This document shows, piece after piece, positions 45,554-53,702 of a stretch of DNA of 64,000 nucleotides (positions are counted from its first letter, which is position 1; every line of letters begins with the position of its first letter). The stretch covers positions 16,985 through 80,984 of the forward strand of contig JAUCPW010000002.1 of NCBI GenBank assembly GCA_030373045.1, read 5' to 3'. The DNA comes from Candidatus Fermentibacter sp. (lineage in GTDB: Bacteria; Fermentibacterota; Fermentibacteria; Fermentibacterales; Fermentibacteraceae). The notes beneath the pieces were generated by a model. The model was given only the letters and a program-made list of their open reading frames with translations. It was not told the DNA's origin and made no database searches. Made by a program: the position numbers and the translations under genes.

Positions 45554-46753
45554 ATGATCAGGCGCCTCCGCCTCGCCTCCCCCTCGGACTGGAGGTTCGA
45601 GCTGGAGCAGGTAGAGGCGGACCCCGGCTGCTGGGACAGGGTCGATGCCCGGGCCGGCGTCGAGGTCTTCAAGACGGGCCCGCTCCGGACTCCCGCCGCA
45701 AACATCCTCAAGCAGTGCATGCTCGCCGCCGGGGCTGACGCCATCGTAGCCCGCGGCTGCATCGACGCCTCCGTCGACAGCAGCCTGGCCCTGGTGCTGG
45801 GCACGCCCAGGCAGCTCAGGCAGGCCGCTTCCTCGCTGGAGGGCCAGCCCTTCGGCCTTCCGGAACTCGGACGCTCAATCCTGGTACTCCTCGGGCCGGA
45901 TCGCCGCCGGGCCTGTCTGGCTCTCCGCTCGGGAACACTCACGTTCACGAACGGCCCTGCCGTCATGGGCATCCTCAACATCACCCCCGACTCCTTCTCG
46001 GACGGCGGGCTCTACCTCGCCCCGCAGGCGGCCGCGGACAGGGCGGTCGAGATGCATGCGCAGGGCGCCTCGATCGTCGACGTCGGGGCCGAATCCACGC
46101 GCCCCGGCTCCCTGCGGGTCCCTTCGGCCATCCAGAGGGAGAGGATCGTCCCCGTCGTCAGGGAGATAAGGCGGCGCGATCCCGGCCTGCCGCTCTCTGT
46201 GGACACCTCCGACCCGGACACCGCCAGGGCCGCGATCGGCGAGGGCGTGGACATGATAAACGACGTCACCGCACTCTCCGAGCCGGGCATGGCCGAACTC
46301 GCCGCCTCGACCGGAACCCCCGTGATCCTTATGCACATGAAGGGCCGCCCGCGCGACATGCAGGCCTCCCCGTCCTACGACGACGTGATCGGCGAGATAG
46401 TCTCCTTCCTCGAGGAGCGGATCGCCTCCGCCTGCGCCGCCGGGGTCCCGCGCTCGCTGATCCTCGTCGATCCGGGCATCGGGTTCGGCAAGAGGCTCTC
46501 GGACAACCTCGCGATCGTGAGGAGGCTCGGGGAGTTCAGATGCCTCGGCGTCCCCGTGGTGCTCGGGCACTCGCGCAAGAGCTTCCTCGGAACCGTCACA
46601 GGAGAGGGCGGGGCCTCGGACAGGGATCCGGCGACCGCCGCGCTCTCCGCCCTCGCCGCCCGTGACGCCGACATGCTCAGGGTGCATGATGTCGCCGCCA
46701 CGGTCCAGGCCGTGAAAGTGGCCATGGCAGTCCACGGAGGTCCGACGGAGTGA
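45554..46753 (+). CDS. folP: Dihydropteroate synthase with an N-terminal extension of about 130 aa
   Basis: ATGA overlap with folE. Motifs MGILNITPDSFSDGG, DVGAESTRPG and DPGIGFGK. Confidence 0.85.
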   Translation: MIRRLRLASPSDWRFELEQVEADPGCWDRVDARAGVEVFKTGPLRTPAANILKQCMLAAGADAIVARGCIDASVDSSLALVLGTPRQLRQAASSLEGQPFGLPELGRSILVLLGPDRRRACLALRSGTLTFTNGPAVMGILNITPDSFSDGGLYLAPQAAADRAVEMHAQGASIVDVGAESTRPGSLRVPSAIQRERIVPVVREIRRRDPGLPLSVDTSDPDTARAAIGEGVDMINDVTALSEPGMAELAASTGTPVILMHMKGRPRDMQASPSYDDVIGEIVSFLEERIASACAAGVPRSLILVDPGIGFGKRLSDNLAIVRRLGEFRCLGVPVVLGHSRKSFLGTVTGEGGASDRDPATAALSALAARDADMLRVHDVAATVQAVKVAMAVHGGPTE

Positions 46754-47532
46754 TCATCGAGCCCCTGGGCCACCCGATCCTGAGCGGATTCTGGCTCGCC
46801 CAGCTCGCCGACATCACGATAGTCGCCATCGTCGCCAGGGCGGTCATCAGGTCGATCTGGCGAACGCCCGCCATGTCCATCGTGCTCGTATTCCTCGGGG
46901 TCCTGGTGAGCGGCATCGTCCTGAGGGATCTCCAGTTCTTCACCGTGGGCTACCTCCTCGAGAGCCTGAGCGGAGTTCTCTTCATCACCTCGGTAGTGAT
47001 CTTCCACGAGGACATCAGGAACATCCTTCTCGAACAGGGGCGGAAGCTGTCCGCCAGGCTGCGCAGCCGCCCGGCCCTGACCGGGCGCGAAACCGTTGAG
47101 GCCATCGTCAGCTCGTGCGTCGTCCTCCGGCGCAGGAAGCTCGGCGCCATCATCGTCATCGAGAGGAACGACCTGCTCGACAACTACTACCGCGAGGGCC
47201 TCGAGCTGGACAACCTGCGGGTCGTCCCCGAGGTGGTGGCCTCGATGCTCCAGCCGCCCGGTCCACTGCACGACGGCGCGCTCGTGATCAGGAACGACAG
47301 GCTGGTGAGGGCGTCCACGTTCCTCCCGCTGGCCGAGTACACGCGCTTCAAGCTCAAGCTCGGCGCGCGGCACAGGGCCGCCCTCGGGCTGGCCGAGCGC
47401 TCGGATGCCGTTGTAGTGATCGTCAGCGAGGAGTCGGGCGACTTCAGGATCGCCCACGACGGGCTCCTCGACGGGCCCCACAGCGAAGAGGTACTTCGCG
47501 AGGAACTCCTCTCGCTGACCGGAAACGCATGA
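46750..47532 (+). CDS. cdaA: Diadenylate cyclase CdaA (membrane-anchored DAC domain)
   Basis: GTGA overlap with folP. Three N-terminal TM segments. Motifs GAIIVIERN, HDGALVI, LGARHRAALG and VVIVSEESG. Confidence 0.85.
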   Translation: MIIEPLGHPILSGFWLAQLADITIVAIVARAVIRSIWRTPAMSIVLVFLGVLVSGIVLRDLQFFTVGYLLESLSGVLFITSVVIFHEDIRNILLEQGRKLSARLRSRPALTGRETVEAIVSSCVVLRRRKLGAIIVIERNDLLDNYYREGLELDNLRVVPEVVASMLQPPGPLHDGALVIRNDRLVRASTFLPLAEYTRFKLKLGARHRAALGLAERSDAVVVIVSEESGDFRIAHDGLLDGPHSEEVLREELLSLTGNA

Positions 47533-48356
47533 CCCCCCCGGACCGCATCGACGCTCTGACCGCGGCCGTGTCCGCCGAGGCCCGCGCGGCCGTCGCCGAA
47601 GCCGCAGCCCTCGCAGAGCCGGCGTTCTCCGCCATCCTGGCGAGGTCGCTCGATGCCGCCTCCGTCGGCCTCGACCTGTGCCTAGTCTCCTGCGCGTCGG
47701 CAAGATGGGCCGGGGGAGAACAGGAGGAGGGCATCCCCGGAGCAGCGTCAGCCCACATCCTCGACGCCGCGGTTGCCAGCCACCTGACACTGCCGGGATT
47801 CATGCTCGACCTGCCCGTGGAGTCCGTGTGGTCCGAATGCGGCGAGGCCTCGGCGATCCTGGCCGGGGACGCGCTCGTCCCGGCCGCGATGGGCTACCTC
47901 TCCTCGAAGGGCGGTCTGAACGCCAGCAGGCTCGTAGGGGCCGCGGCGTCGCTGCTGTGCGGGAGCATCCTGCCGGGCTTCTCCTCGGAGCTCTCCCTGC
48001 GCGACAGGCAGAAGACCGACCTGCAGGAGCGCGAGAACGCCTGGCGCAGGCACTCGGGAGGGCTTGCGAGGTTCGCGGCCGAGGCGGGTGCGGTTCTCGC
48101 GGGCGCCGACGCGCGGACCGCGGACAGTGCGGCCCGCGTCGGGCTTGAACTGGGCCGCGCGGTCGATCTCGCCAGGATGCCGGGATGCCCCTCGCGCCAT
48201 GGCTCGCCTGTCGCAGAGAGGGTAGCCGACGCCCGCGCAGCGCTCTCGGCCCTTGCGGACTCGCTGGCCGGCGACTCCCGCGCCGACCTCCTCATCGAAC
48301 TCATCGGCCGCATCGGCTCCTCGTTCGAGGGCGCCGACCTCTTCGCTCAGAACTAG
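47529..48356 (+). CDS. Polyprenyl-synthetase-like protein lacking both DDxxD motifs
   Basis: ATGA overlap with cdaA. The segment AILAGDALVPAAMGYL aligns with the IspA-type AiLaGDaL motif. There is no DD dipeptide anywhere in the 275 aa. Confidence 0.5.
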   Translation: MTPPDRIDALTAAVSAEARAAVAEAAALAEPAFSAILARSLDAASVGLDLCLVSCASARWAGGEQEEGIPGAASAHILDAAVASHLTLPGFMLDLPVESVWSECGEASAILAGDALVPAAMGYLSSKGGLNASRLVGAAASLLCGSILPGFSSELSLRDRQKTDLQERENAWRRHSGGLARFAAEAGAVLAGADARTADSAARVGLELGRAVDLARMPGCPSRHGSPVAERVADARAALSALADSLAGDSRADLLIELIGRIGSSFEGADLFAQN

Positions 48357-48560
48357 CCGGCCTCCGGCCGGTTCCTGGTTTCATATCCTTCATATGCGAT
48401 GGTATCTCATTACGCTGCAATCATAAAGCTGCTGATTGTATTTCGGCGATGAATGATTGCTGCACACAATTATCCACGAACGCAATGATACTGTGAAATC
48501 CCTGTTCCGGATCTCCAGGCTGGGTGTTTATAACGGGCAGCACTCTGCCTGGACGACAAG
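48357..48560. repeat. Third copy of the low-GC structured intergenic element (partial)
   Basis: CCGGCCGGTTCCTGGTTTCATATCCTTCATATGC matches the left-arm terminus at 30/34 positions. CTGATT..TTTCGGCG..ATGAT..CACACA continues the homology. Confidence 0.65.
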
Positions 48561-48563
48561 ACC

Positions 48564-49700
48564 ATGAATCCACATACTCAAGACATTCTCATTGAATACA
48601 TGCGAACTCAAGCGATGAATGGCTCTCCGCACGAACGATCCCGTGCTGAAGCGCCCGAAAACAGAAGAAGGCTATGTATGATATTCGTCCGCATCCATGC
48701 CATGCCCTGCGTCAATCGATGCTGGCACTGCTTCTGCTGCGGAAGCCCGGATGGTCCGTCCATGGAGGGCTCGACCGTACTCCGCATACTCGACGACCTC
48801 GCCGCCTTGAAGCGGGAGAGCGGAGAGGTGGTCCTCCCCATGTTCTACGATGAACCCACGATCCACCCGGAATTCGTCCGGATCATGGGCCGCCAGCTCG
48901 ACCTCGGCCTGATCCAGGATGAAGGGTGGTTCCCGACCAACGGATACGGCCTCGCCAGGCTCCAGGACGAGGGCTGGAGGGAGCTTGCGGAGAAGGGTTT
49001 CGAGGGCATACGGCTCACCTTCCACGGTCTGGGGGAACGGCACGACCGGCGCGTGGGAAGAAGGGGCGCCTACGGTGACCTCGTGGAAACCGTCCGGCGT
49101 GCCGAGCGCTTCGGGGTGGAGTGGTTCGCGTGCATGGTCCTCGGCTCGGATAATGCCGCAGAGTACGAGGAGACGAAGGCGGAGGTCGAAAGGCTGGGAT
49201 CGCCCAGTGTGAAGTTCGGTTGGATGCTGCCGCAGTCGCAGGGCAGGGCGGCTGGAAAAGGGAACAGGGTGAAACTGGAGCACATCGAACATCTCCTTCG
49301 TGCGAACAGCGGATTCAGGACCGAGTCGGATCACATACGGGCCATCCTCTCCGACGAAACCCTCGGCGGGAGGAAGGCATTCGACCCGGACTGCGGTATG
49401 ACTGCGCTGGATATCGGCCACGATCTGACGGTCTCCTTCGGAGGCGGCTGCGACGGGGATCCGTACGAAGGGTTGAAGTCCCTCGTGAAACTCGGAAACC
49501 TCGAGAGCGACAGCATCCTGGAATGCTATCGACGGTATCTCGAGAATCCGCCCGCTCCCGTCAGGGCACTGTCCGGGGTGACCTGGGGAGAGCTGGCCGG
49601 GCGTTATGGAGACCCCGGGTGCGACTTCGTCTACCACGTCACGGATCTCGCGGGGAGGATATGGGCTTCGCGGTATCTGCGGGACGCCTTCCCGGAATAA
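48564..49700 (+). CDS. Orphan radical SAM protein
   Basis: MPCVNRCWHCFC (CxxxCxxC). TIM-barrel-like core (FEGIRLTFHGLG). The first ~110 nt are markedly lower in GC. The alternative ATG at 48678 (MIFVRIHAMPC) may be the true start. Confidence 0.65.
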   Translation: MNPHTQDILIEYMRTQAMNGSPHERSRAEAPENRRRLCMIFVRIHAMPCVNRCWHCFCCGSPDGPSMEGSTVLRILDDLAALKRESGEVVLPMFYDEPTIHPEFVRIMGRQLDLGLIQDEGWFPTNGYGLARLQDEGWRELAEKGFEGIRLTFHGLGERHDRRVGRRGAYGDLVETVRRAERFGVEWFACMVLGSDNAAEYEETKAEVERLGSPSVKFGWMLPQSQGRAAGKGNRVKLEHIEHLLRANSGFRTESDHIRAILSDETLGGRKAFDPDCGMTALDIGHDLTVSFGGGCDGDPYEGLKSLVKLGNLESDSILECYRRYLENPPAPVRALSGVTWGELAGRYGDPGCDFVYHVTDLAGRIWASRYLRDAFPE

Positions 49701-49708
49701 CCCGGCAG

Positions 49709-49921
49709 CCGGGGTCTGGCTACTCTCGAAACGCCGCATTCATGAGTGTTTCCGCACGATCTGCCCTCATTTCCATTAATTCGGCCCGACGAAGATGCAC
49801 GTCTGGACAGTGCCTGCGAAAGACACTTTTCTTCACAGGATAACCTGTAAAATGACTATGGCTGTAACAGGCAGGGCAGCATGGCCTTGCGAGGGCGGTT
49901 TTGGGAGTAGTCTGACCCCGG
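49709..49921. repeat. 213-bp element with long terminal inverted repeats (MITE-like or long-stem RNA)
   Basis: CCGGGGTCTGGCTACTC (49709-49725) pairs with GAGTAGTCTGACCCCGG (49905-49921) at 16/17 positions including one G:U. Pairing can extend about 12 more positions with bulges. The core is AT-rich. Confidence 0.7.
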
Positions 49922-52294
49922 TTACAGCAGGTCGGTGGGGTCGACGTCGACGTCGAACATGACGCCCTTCGAGCCGGCGGCTTCGAAGGACGCCAGGGCA
50001 TCCTGCACGAGCCTGCGCAGAGCGGCGCGGCTGTCCGAGCGCGCCAGGGCGCTGTAGCGCCATTTCCCGCGAAGCCTGGGGAGGATGGCCGGGGCCGGCG
50101 GGAAGACCCTCGCGCCGGGCGGGGGCTCCAGCGCGTCCATGCAGGACTTCGCCGCAGCCGCGACCCTCGCCTCGACGGGGCCCGACCAGACGAACCTGAC
50201 GATCCGGCCGTAGGGCGGGTACCCGAGGAGTTTCCTGGCGGGGAGCTCCGATTCGAGGAAGGCCCCGTAGTCCTGCGCAATCGCCGCGGCGAGGGTTTCG
50301 GGCCTGAGAGTCTCCACCAGCACGATGCCCGGGATGGAACCCCTCCCGGCGCGGCCAGCGGCCTGCATCACGAGCTGGAAGGCCCTCTCCGAAGCGCGGA
50401 AGTCCGGGATCGCAAGGGCCATGTCGGCCGAGAGGATCCCTACGAGCGTGACGCCCGGGAAGTCGTGCCCCTTGGCGACCATCTGCGTGCCGAGGAGGAC
50501 GTCGGCTCCGCCTTCGGCGAACCGCCCCAGGATCTCCCATGTGGCGCCGGCCGAAGAGGACGTGTCCCTGTCGAGCCTGAGGATGCGGATCCCCGGAAGG
50601 GCGCCCGCGAGGAACGCCTCGACCCTCTGGACCCCCGGGCCCTCTGTGACGAACCGCGTGCAGCCGCAGGACGGGCAGTCCCGCGGCGCCATCGTCCACC
50701 AGCCGCAGTGGTGGCACCTCAGTATCCCGCCCCGCGCGTGGTATGTAGGGGCGACGGCGCACTCCGGGCAGTCCTCCCGGCGGCCGCACCCCGCGCAGAT
50801 CCGGGTGGGCGCGAAGCCCCTCCGGTTGAGCAGCAGTATCGACTGCTCGCCCCGATGCCAGGCGTCGGAGACAGCCGTCAGCATCTCCGGGGGCACGACG
50901 CTTCCGTAATCCCCGGGCCTGACGGGCTTCACCGAGGGCATCGGCCTGCCCCCAGCCCTCCCTGGGAGGGTCAGGATCTCGTACTTGCCGGAGTCCGCGT
51001 TGCCCCTGCTCTCGAGGGACGGCGTGGCCGAGCCCAGCACCACGGGCACTCCCTCCAGGAAGCCGCGCACCACGGCCAGGTCCCGCGCGTTGTACCGGGG
51101 CTGCTCCTGCTGCTTGTAGCTCGAATCGTGCTCCTCGTCCACGATGATGATCCCGGTGCGTGCGAGCGGGGCGAAGACGGCGCTCCTGGGCCCTATCGCG
51201 ATGCACTTCTCACCCGCTGCAAGGGCACTCCAGGCCCGGAGCCTCTCGCCAGTGGAGAGCGCGCTGTGCATCACGGCGACCATGCCGGGGAATCGTCGCT
51301 CGAACCGCGCCGTGAGCTGGGGCGTGAGGGATATCTCCGGCACGAGGACGACGGCCTGGAGCCCGCGGGCGACGACCCCGGCGATGGCCCTCAGATAGAC
51401 CTCGGTCTTGCCGCTCCCGGTGACGCCGTGCAGCAGGAAGACGCCTCCCTTTGCGCCCGAGATGCGCGAGACGGCCTCCAACTGACCGGGTTCGAGTTCC
51501 GCGACCTCCGCGCCGGCGAGCGAGACACCGGTACCCGCAGCCTCCGCAGGAGAGACCGCAGCGGCCCCCGCCTTCACCACGGCGTCGAGGGAAGCCCGCG
51601 AGGCGCCGGCCTCCCTGAGGAGGGAAGAAACAGTGATCCTCTCGTCGCTCCGGGAGAGGATCTCGAGGATCGAAGCCTGCGCCGGTGCTTTCCTGCGCAA
51701 TCTTTCTGCCATGCCCGCCAGCTCGGCCGGCGGCAGGCATGGAGCGACCGCCATCCCCGCGGATGTCCTGCGGGCCGGCGCGGGGGATAGCCGGCACTCG
51801 ACCGCGCCCGACGAGGCCAGGGAAGACAGGTGCGACATCAGGACCGACCGGGAGGAGAAGCCATGGGCGAGGCCGTCCACCGGGACGAACGCCGAACCGT
51901 CCAGCCCTTCCAGAACAGGATCACCAGCCGCCGCCCGCCCCGCCGTGCGGCGGACCTCCCGCCGGAGCCCCGCCCCGGCTCCGGGAGGCGAAGCCGAAGC
52001 CATCATCATCCCCGGCGGCGCCGAATAGTAGTCCGCCGCCCATCTCGCCAGTTCGAGAACGGGGCGTGGTAGCGCGGAAACGCAGTCGAGGCGGGATTCC
52101 ACCGTCTTCACGCCGTCCGCGGGAAGGGATGTGGAACGCCCCCAGATCCAGCCCGTCAGCTTCTCGCGGCCGAAGGGCACCTCCACGCGGCATCCCTCGA
52201 GAACGCCCCCGGCCATCCCCGAAGGCAGCAGGTATGTGAACGTCCTCCAGACCGGCCTCGGGACGGCGACCTCGACGGCTGTCGCATCAGGCAT
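49922..52294 (-). CDS. priA: Primosomal protein N' (replication restart helicase PriA)
   Basis: GVTGSGKTEVY (Walker A), DEEHD, and the Cys-rich zinc module CAGCGRREDCPECAV...CHHCG...CPSCG. Confidence 0.9.
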   Translation of the reverse strand: MPDATAVEVAVPRPVWRTFTYLLPSGMAGGVLEGCRVEVPFGREKLTGWIWGRSTSLPADGVKTVESRLDCVSALPRPVLELARWAADYYSAPPGMMMASASPPGAGAGLRREVRRTAGRAAAGDPVLEGLDGSAFVPVDGLAHGFSSRSVLMSHLSSLASSGAVECRLSPAPARRTSAGMAVAPCLPPAELAGMAERLRRKAPAQASILEILSRSDERITVSSLLREAGASRASLDAVVKAGAAAVSPAEAAGTGVSLAGAEVAELEPGQLEAVSRISGAKGGVFLLHGVTGSGKTEVYLRAIAGVVARGLQAVVLVPEISLTPQLTARFERRFPGMVAVMHSALSTGERLRAWSALAAGEKCIAIGPRSAVFAPLARTGIIIVDEEHDSSYKQQEQPRYNARDLAVVRGFLEGVPVVLGSATPSLESRGNADSGKYEILTLPGRAGGRPMPSVKPVRPGDYGSVVPPEMLTAVSDAWHRGEQSILLLNRRGFAPTRICAGCGRREDCPECAVAPTYHARGGILRCHHCGWWTMAPRDCPSCGCTRFVTEGPGVQRVEAFLAGALPGIRILRLDRDTSSSAGATWEILGRFAEGGADVLLGTQMVAKGHDFPGVTLVGILSADMALAIPDFRASERAFQLVMQAAGRAGRGSIPGIVLVETLRPETLAAAIAQDYGAFLESELPARKLLGYPPYGRIVRFVWSGPVEARVAAAAKSCMDALEPPPGARVFPPAPAILPRLRGKWRYSALARSDSRAALRRLVQDALASFEAAGSKGVMFDVDVDPTDLL

Positions 52295-53561
52295 CCGCGC
52301 CGGCCCTTTCGAGCGTCTCCCGCCTCGCGGCCGCGATGTCCATCGGGAGCGGGGGAAGGGTCGGGAAGGCCCCGTCCTCGTAGAGGACCCTGCCGTGCAC
52401 CATCACGAGGCGCACCCGCGAGGGCCAGTCGAGCTCGAGGACGTATCTGACCGGGTCCTCGGCCGCCTCCAGTTCCTCCGACTCCTCCTCGGAAGGTTCG
52501 AGGAGGACGATGTCGGCCTGCATCCCCGCGTCGATCCTTCCGTGGCCGGTGTCGAGGATGCGCCCGGCGCCCTCCGTGGCGGCCTTCAGCCAGAGCCTGC
52601 CCGCGACGGAGGCCGGAGAGCGCGTGAAAGAGGCAAGGGACATGGCGAGCCTGAGGTCGGAGGAAAGGTCCAGGCGGTTGTTGCACGCCGCCCCGTCGCT
52701 GGCGGGGAAGACCCCGACGCCTGCTGCGAGCAGAGCCGGCACGTCGGCGATGCCGCTGCCCAGCCTCAGGTTGGTCCACGGGCAGTGGACGACCGACGTG
52801 CCAGACGAAGCCAGCAGATCAGCCTCCCCCGGAGCGAGATGTACGCAGTGGGCCAGGAGGGTGCGTGCGCCCGGGAAGCCCCTTGCAGCCAGATATCTGA
52901 CGTTCCCGCCCGCCCCTGCGATCCCGGGGTCGGCGACCTCGGCCGGGCTCTCGGCGCAGTGCGTCGTCCTCACGAAGTAACCACGCACCCCCCGCACGAA
53001 CTCCCAGAGCGCGTCGGAGCAGGACAGCGCGAACCTGGGCGCGAGGGCGTGCCGCACGAGCCCGCCGCACGCGGCTCGAACCCGCCCGGTCTCCTCCACG
53101 AGCCAGGGCAGGTCCCTCGCGAGGCCTTCCGGCCCCTTGTCCATCAGCGCGTTGGCCGCATGGGCCCTGATGCCCGAGCGCCTCAGGATGTCCACCGTGA
53201 CGGAGGAATGCTCGACGCTGCCCATGTCGAGAAGGCACGTGCAGCCGGAAGAAAGCAGTTCCCTGAGCGAGAGGATCACCGAGGTGGCGAGGGTGTCGGG
53301 AGTGTGCGCGGCCTCGAGGGGCCAGATCCTCTCCCCGAGCCATTCCAGCAGCGTCCTGCCCTCGGCCGTTCCGCGGAACAGGGTCTGGCAGAGGTGGACG
53401 TGAGGCTGGACGAGCCCGGGGATGGCTATGCAGCGTGCGTGTGCGCCCACGGGCGCCGCCCTGCGGACCGAGGCTATCGCCCCGTTCTCCACCACTATCG
53501 AGAAACCTCCGGAAACGAGCCCGGAGCTCCAGTCCATGACGTATCCCGGCCCGAGTTCCAT
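52287..53561 (-). CDS. Amidohydrolase-superfamily deaminase (MtaD / guanine-deaminase-like)
   Basis: The start was trimmed to MELGPGYV (GGGAGG upstream). Motif GLVQPHVHLCQTLFRG...LLEWL..RIWPLE (HxH metal site). The remaining upstream part of the 837-aa track ORF is antisense to the M16 gene. Confidence 0.8.
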   Translation of the reverse strand: MELGPGYVMDWSSGLVSGGFSIVVENGAIASVRRAAPVGAHARCIAIPGLVQPHVHLCQTLFRGTAEGRTLLEWLGERIWPLEAAHTPDTLATSVILSLRELLSSGCTCLLDMGSVEHSSVTVDILRRSGIRAHAANALMDKGPEGLARDLPWLVEETGRVRAACGGLVRHALAPRFALSCSDALWEFVRGVRGYFVRTTHCAESPAEVADPGIAGAGGNVRYLAARGFPGARTLLAHCVHLAPGEADLLASSGTSVVHCPWTNLRLGSGIADVPALLAAGVGVFPASDGAACNNRLDLSSDLRLAMSLASFTRSPASVAGRLWLKAATEGAGRILDTGHGRIDAGMQADIVLLEPSEEESEELEAAEDPVRYVLELDWPSRVRLVMVHGRVLYEDGAFPTLPPLPMDIAAARRETLERAGADA

Positions 53562-53702
53562 GTCGCCTCCCGGTCGGCAGGTCCTCTTTGAACATAAGCG
53601 GCCGCCGGGGAGCGGGAAATTGACCGGAGGAGGCAGGAAAGGCGATAATCGCGGGACGTCCCGCATCGGGCGGAACGCATCTTCGATCCGGACGGGGACC
53701 CC

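Noticed and set aside
48723-48737. A sigma54-like -24/-12 element, TGGCAC-N5-CTGC.
   Set aside because: It lies inside the codons for the CWHCFCC radical SAM cluster motif. It is a coincidence of the coding sequence.
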